Shown here piece by piece: positions 60,863-64,000 of a stretch of DNA of 64,000 bases. Source of the stretch: Nitrosopumilaceae archaeon (GTDB lineage: Archaea > Thermoproteota > Nitrososphaeria > Nitrososphaerales > Nitrosopumilaceae); NCBI GenBank assembly GCA_965207375.1, contig OZ242274.1:448001-512000 (forward strand), written 5' to 3'. The notes beneath the pieces are model-generated. The model saw only the letters and a program-made list of their open reading frames with translations. It ran no database searches and was not told the origin of the DNA. Every line of letters begins with the position of its first letter. The stretch's first letter is position 1. The position numbers and the translations under genes are program-made.

Positions 60863-60954
60863 GGGCTTGTGGCGCAGAGTCAAATGACGCGAAATATGGA
60901 TAGCGTGGTAGCCTCCTAAGTTACAGGTCGAGGGATCGAAGCCCTCCAAGCCCG
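60863..60954 (+). tRNA. tRNA-Arg(CCT) with ~17-nt non-canonical D-loop intron (60878-60894)
   Basis: GGGCTTG/CAAGCCC acceptor, GTAGC-ctCCTaa-GTTAC anticodon arm; removing the insert restores D-loop AGTATGGATA. Confidence 0.88.
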
Positions 60955-61058
60955 CTTCGTTTTTCAAAAAGCAAAAAACGAAAGATTCGCAATAAAAGAG
61001 TACTATAGATCAATTCAAAATCAAACCGCAAAATCAAAGATAAATTTGTTGATTTGCG

Positions 61059-61319
61059 GTGCTTGGAAAAGCCAGGATCAAGGGACATGCCACAAAGGAC
61101 ACTAAAGAGACAGTGCCAAATCAGGTGAATTGCCGCAAAAATCCGAAAGATAAAAATGTGGGAAAATACAGTACTCCTAGGAGCTGGAATCACATAGCAT
61201 CAAAACCACCAAAATACATTGTTGAGACAAATCAGGATGTGCGCAGATGGTATGAGAACATAAAGCGTTCAAGCATACTAAACGTAGATGAAGACTGCAC
61301 AGGCTCAACCTGTTTGTAA
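61059..61319 (+). pseudogene. N-terminal remnant of an archaeal tyrosine integrase
   Basis: N.DVRRWYEN..RSS....D then shifted-frame RLHRLNLF, like N-termini of archaeal integrases; next to a tRNA 3' end; truncated by a MITE. Confidence 0.6.
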
Positions 61320-61413
61320 CTGTTAACATCATGTCTAGATTTTTGTTCCATTTTTTGATAACAAAATAATCTTATGTCTAAAATTACCATAAATTCAAAA
61401 CAACGTTAACAGA
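61319..61413. mobile_element. MITE family C
   Basis: Ends ctgttaac / gttaacag, flanked by TA on both sides; second copy at 19080-19172. Confidence 0.78.
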
Positions 61414-61477
61414 TACAATTCTAGTATTTGAAAAATTCTAATTTGTACACGTATGTTTGATAATTTTGTATTATGTG

Positions 61478-61714
61478 TTATCTTACAATTCCATTATTGT
61501 AGTCATAAACAAACTCTTCTCTGCTTATATCTGCATATGACAATATTTTGTGTTGTGTTCCTATTGGCAGTATCTTGTTTCCTAGGGGAACTATTGTTAT
61601 TGTCTCACTATTTTTTAATGTGGCATGACTTCCTTTTCTCTGGGTTATGACAAACCCTTTTCTTTGCAGATACCTAACCATCACATTTCCTGAAATTTTT
61701 GGAACTTTGGACAT
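61478..61714 (-). CDS. hicA: HicA-family mRNA interferase toxin
   Basis: L...GF....KGSH..L.......VP........GT...IL. Confidence 0.88.
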   Translation of the reverse strand: MSKVPKISGNVMVRYLQRKGFVITQRKGSHATLKNSETITIVPLGNKILPIGTQHKILSYADISREEFVYDYNNGIVR

Positions 61715-61926
61715 TATTGTTCTGTTATAAGCATGTTAAATTCGGTGTCTCTACCAAATTCTGTTACTGCAAGATCCATTGCCTCTTTCATATTTGCAAC
61801 TATCTCACCAAATGTGTCACCATAGGAGGTTGCATGTAGATCATCACACCAACCTACGAATCTCCCATCTTCCTTATCAGTTGTTATTACTACAGTGTAT
61901 GTTCTTTTTTGGATTGTAGAGCTCAT
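61714..61926 (-). CDS. hicB: HicB-family antitoxin (short, no DNA-binding domain)
   Basis: YTVVI...EDG.F...C.DL...S.GDT..E...NMKEA; TAATG overlap with hicA; start MSST at 61926. Confidence 0.85.
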   Translation of the reverse strand: MSSTIQKRTYTVVITTDKEDGRFVGWCDDLHATSYGDTFGEIVANMKEAMDLAVTEFGRDTEFNMLITEQ

Positions 61927-62175
61927 GATATAACTAGCATGTTTAACATTAAAAATATTATGGACTTTATACGCATTAGTATCTGAACATGGCATCTTAA
62001 TGCATCAACTCCTGACAGGATTGATGCAATCTTTTGTTGTTCTGGCAAATTGCGAGTGTGGGGAAGTTGTATTTTTGCAATTTCATCCCTATTTATGGCA
62101 CCATAGGTAGTTCATGCAATAGAAAAGATTCTAGTCTATTTTCAACTTAAATAAAGCAATACAAGATTATCAAAC

Positions 62176-62700
62176 ATGAAGATTGTAATTATAGCAGGCA
62201 GTCCACGAAAAACCGGAAACACACAAACCATGATGAATTTTGTGTATGAATATGCAAAGACCAAAGACCACGAAATAAAATACATCAATTTGGCATCTGG
62301 TCAAATACAATGTTACAAGGGTCCTGAAGAGCAATACAATGATGCGACACAAAAGGCAGCTGCTGCCATTACAGATGCAGATGTGTGGTTAATAGGAACG
62401 CCAGTCTATAACTCGTTTTTTAGCTCAGCAATCAAAAATTTGTTTGAATACATCAACTATAAAGAGACTGTAGGCAAGACCGCAGGCATGGCAATCTTAG
62501 GTGCAGGACAGATTGCATTTATAGACGTTCAGACAGTCTTGACGCAGTTGATGTCTTATTTTAGGGTAATAACAAACCCAAAGGCAGTCTTTATGACCAC
62601 CGAATCAATTAAAGACGGCCAAGTAATCGGAGACGATGCTAAAAACAGGTTGAAAGAATTGGTGGATGAAACGCTATCGTTGGCATCTAAACTACACTGA
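62176..62700 (+). CDS. NAD(P)H-dependent FMN reductase (flavodoxin-like)
   Basis: GSPR..GNT, AD.....TPVYN......KN. Confidence 0.92.
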   Translation: MKIVIIAGSPRKTGNTQTMMNFVYEYAKTKDHEIKYINLASGQIQCYKGPEEQYNDATQKAAAAITDADVWLIGTPVYNSFFSSAIKNLFEYINYKETVGKTAGMAILGAGQIAFIDVQTVLTQLMSYFRVITNPKAVFMTTESIKDGQVIGDDAKNRLKELVDETLSLASKLH

Positions 62701-63100
62701 GATTGTCATCAAGGTATACCGTTTTGAATATTTTTACAGTATAATCTCCTGCAAAGATGTTGATTGTAGAATATTCATTTGTTTCTGTCACCCTGAATTT
62801 ATACTCGTAACTTCCATCTTGATTTACATTAGTTTGTGCAAACAAAACGGCATCGCCTTGTGAATCATAAATCTGAATAATTACAGGATGATCAGGTACT
62901 GCGTTATCTACTGTGCCTTCGATATAGGCCCATGGCATTGAATTGTTTTCTGGAATTGAAAATTCTATTGCGGATTTTGAAATTCCCATGTCTGTTCCAA
63001 TTGGAGTGATATAGTCAGTCTGCATTTGTGCAGTAGCTACTCCAGAGAGGGCAGGAACCAGTACAATTGATGCCAATAGAAACATTAATGATTTGTTCAT
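62687..63100 (-). CDS. Secreted hypothetical protein (beta-sandwich)
   Basis: Signal peptide; G.V.....PV.IQI......FAQ..V..DGSYEYKF. Confidence 0.75.
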   Translation of the reverse strand: MNKSLMFLLASIVLVPALSGVATAQMQTDYITPIGTDMGISKSAIEFSIPENNSMPWAYIEGTVDNAVPDHPVIIQIYDSQGDAVLFAQTNVNQDGSYEYKFRVTETNEYSTINIFAGDYTVKIFKTVYLDDNLSVV

Positions 63101-63219
63101 CTAGTAGTTTCTTTGTATAGTTGGTTTTAAAAGTTTATTCCAAATGTAGCAAGGAGGATTCATGACGGCACAATAGAAATTAAAAAAGGTCAAATTATAC
63201 GATGATATACAGATATGTC

Positions 63220-63330
63220 ATGGATTTGACCGAATTGTGTTCTTGTAAATGTCATTTTGGGGGAGCCGTTAGTTGTCCCGGTTGCAAAGCAAATCATGAT
63301 ACAATACAATGCGAGCATTGCAAAAAGTAA
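63220..63330 (+). CDS. Cys/His-rich metallothionein-like small protein (36 aa)
   Basis: MDLTELCSCKCHFGGAVSCPGCKANHDTIQCEHCKK*; 7 Cys + 3 His; AATTATA about 20 nt upstream. Confidence 0.65.
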   Translation: MDLTELCSCKCHFGGAVSCPGCKANHDTIQCEHCKK

Positions 63331-63333
63331 CGC

Positions 63334-63810
63334 CTATTTTTTAGATGCAAGCATCTTCAAGTTTGCCAATTCGGTCTTTAAGGATTCAATTTGAACCAAG
63401 GTTTCAAGATTGGAAATTTCCTGCTTTAATCTATCAATTTCGGTGTCTTTGATCTTTACTGTATCGCGCAGTGTATTTAGTTCGTCGGTTAACTCAGTTT
63501 TGGCCTCTTTTAGTTCACCTGCAGTCACCTGTTTGCCATCAGATGAATAAACTAGGGATTGTGTGACACTAGAGCTTTTTTTTTCAATGTGTTGATTTTG
63601 GGATGACGCCTGTTTGTGGGCATAATCGGTACTTTTTTGTGAAAGCCAGCACATCAGTGTCAAAAACCAGGTGATCGGAACTGCCATTATAAATACAAAG
63701 TTGAGTATGGTCGCACCCAAGTCATTTACAAACCAAGGCCACAATCCAGTAAGTACTGCTGCAAAGGCACCAGTCGTAACTGTGGCCAGATGATTTCTCA
63801 AATAACCCAT
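63334..63810 (-). CDS. Two-TM protein with C-terminal coiled coil
   Basis: N-terminal hydrophobic hairpin, heptad-rich tail. Confidence 0.75.
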   Translation of the reverse strand: MGYLRNHLATVTTGAFAAVLTGLWPWFVNDLGATILNFVFIMAVPITWFLTLMCWLSQKSTDYAHKQASSQNQHIEKKSSSVTQSLVYSSDGKQVTAGELKEAKTELTDELNTLRDTVKIKDTEIDRLKQEISNLETLVQIESLKTELANLKMLASKK

Positions 63811-63890
63811 GTTTTATCTGAAAAATTTGTAGTTTATAACAGTAATGCTAGCAATAAATACCAAAAGTGAGTAAAAAGAAAAAAGAATTG

Positions 63891-64000
63891 TTATTCTTCT
63901 TTTTCTATGACTGTTGCTTTTTGTGTATCTGATTGTAAAATCTGAATCTTTTCTACAAGTTCGTTTCTCAGATCTCGTGCAACTCTGCGAACTGTTGGTC
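63891..64000 (-). CDS. C-terminal end of a gene entering from beyond the window
   Basis: ...PTVRRVARDLRNELVEKIQILQSDTQKATVIEKEE* open to the window edge. Confidence 0.55.
   Translation of the reverse strand, partial: PTVRRVARDLRNELVEKIQILQSDTQKATVIEKEE

Overview
Chromosomal segment of an ammonia-oxidising archaeon (Nitrososphaerota/Thaumarchaeota, Nitrosopumilaceae-like, judged from PEFG-CTERM and CFI-box proteins, A-type ATP synthase, amt, pantoate kinase/PPS, egsA, aCPSF1 and bluB). It is possibly host- (e.g. sponge-) associated, an inference from pseudogenes, MITEs and a repeat-rich surface protein. The backbone carries a copper-handling cluster, pyrBI, atpKDBAE/I/C, amt, pyrH/tmk, a Lol-type ABC exporter, CoA biosynthesis genes, psmB/fttA, rtcA, tRNA-Val(GAC) and tRNA-Arg(CCT) with a D-loop intron. 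Accessory patches hold the unusual material. (i) A ribosomal-protein eS27-like Zn ribbon is fused to a PIN RNase domain, downstream of a HAD gene and a GC-rich structured RNA candidate (28.5-30.1 kb). (ii) A DUF3800-like RNase H-fold gene is followed 5 nt after its stop by a long hairpin (35.0-35.7 kb). (iii) Three MITE families are present, one traceable to a decayed ISH3-like IS. (iv) A metal ABC transporter survives only as a fragment beside a pseudogenised NikR-type regulator. (v) A poly-C tract lies in the promoter of a repeat-rich secreted protein. (vi) A decayed integrase and hicBA sit next to tRNA-Arg. (vii) Several small ORFs are unannotated, including a metallothionein-like peptide. 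All calls are by eye; no database searches were run.
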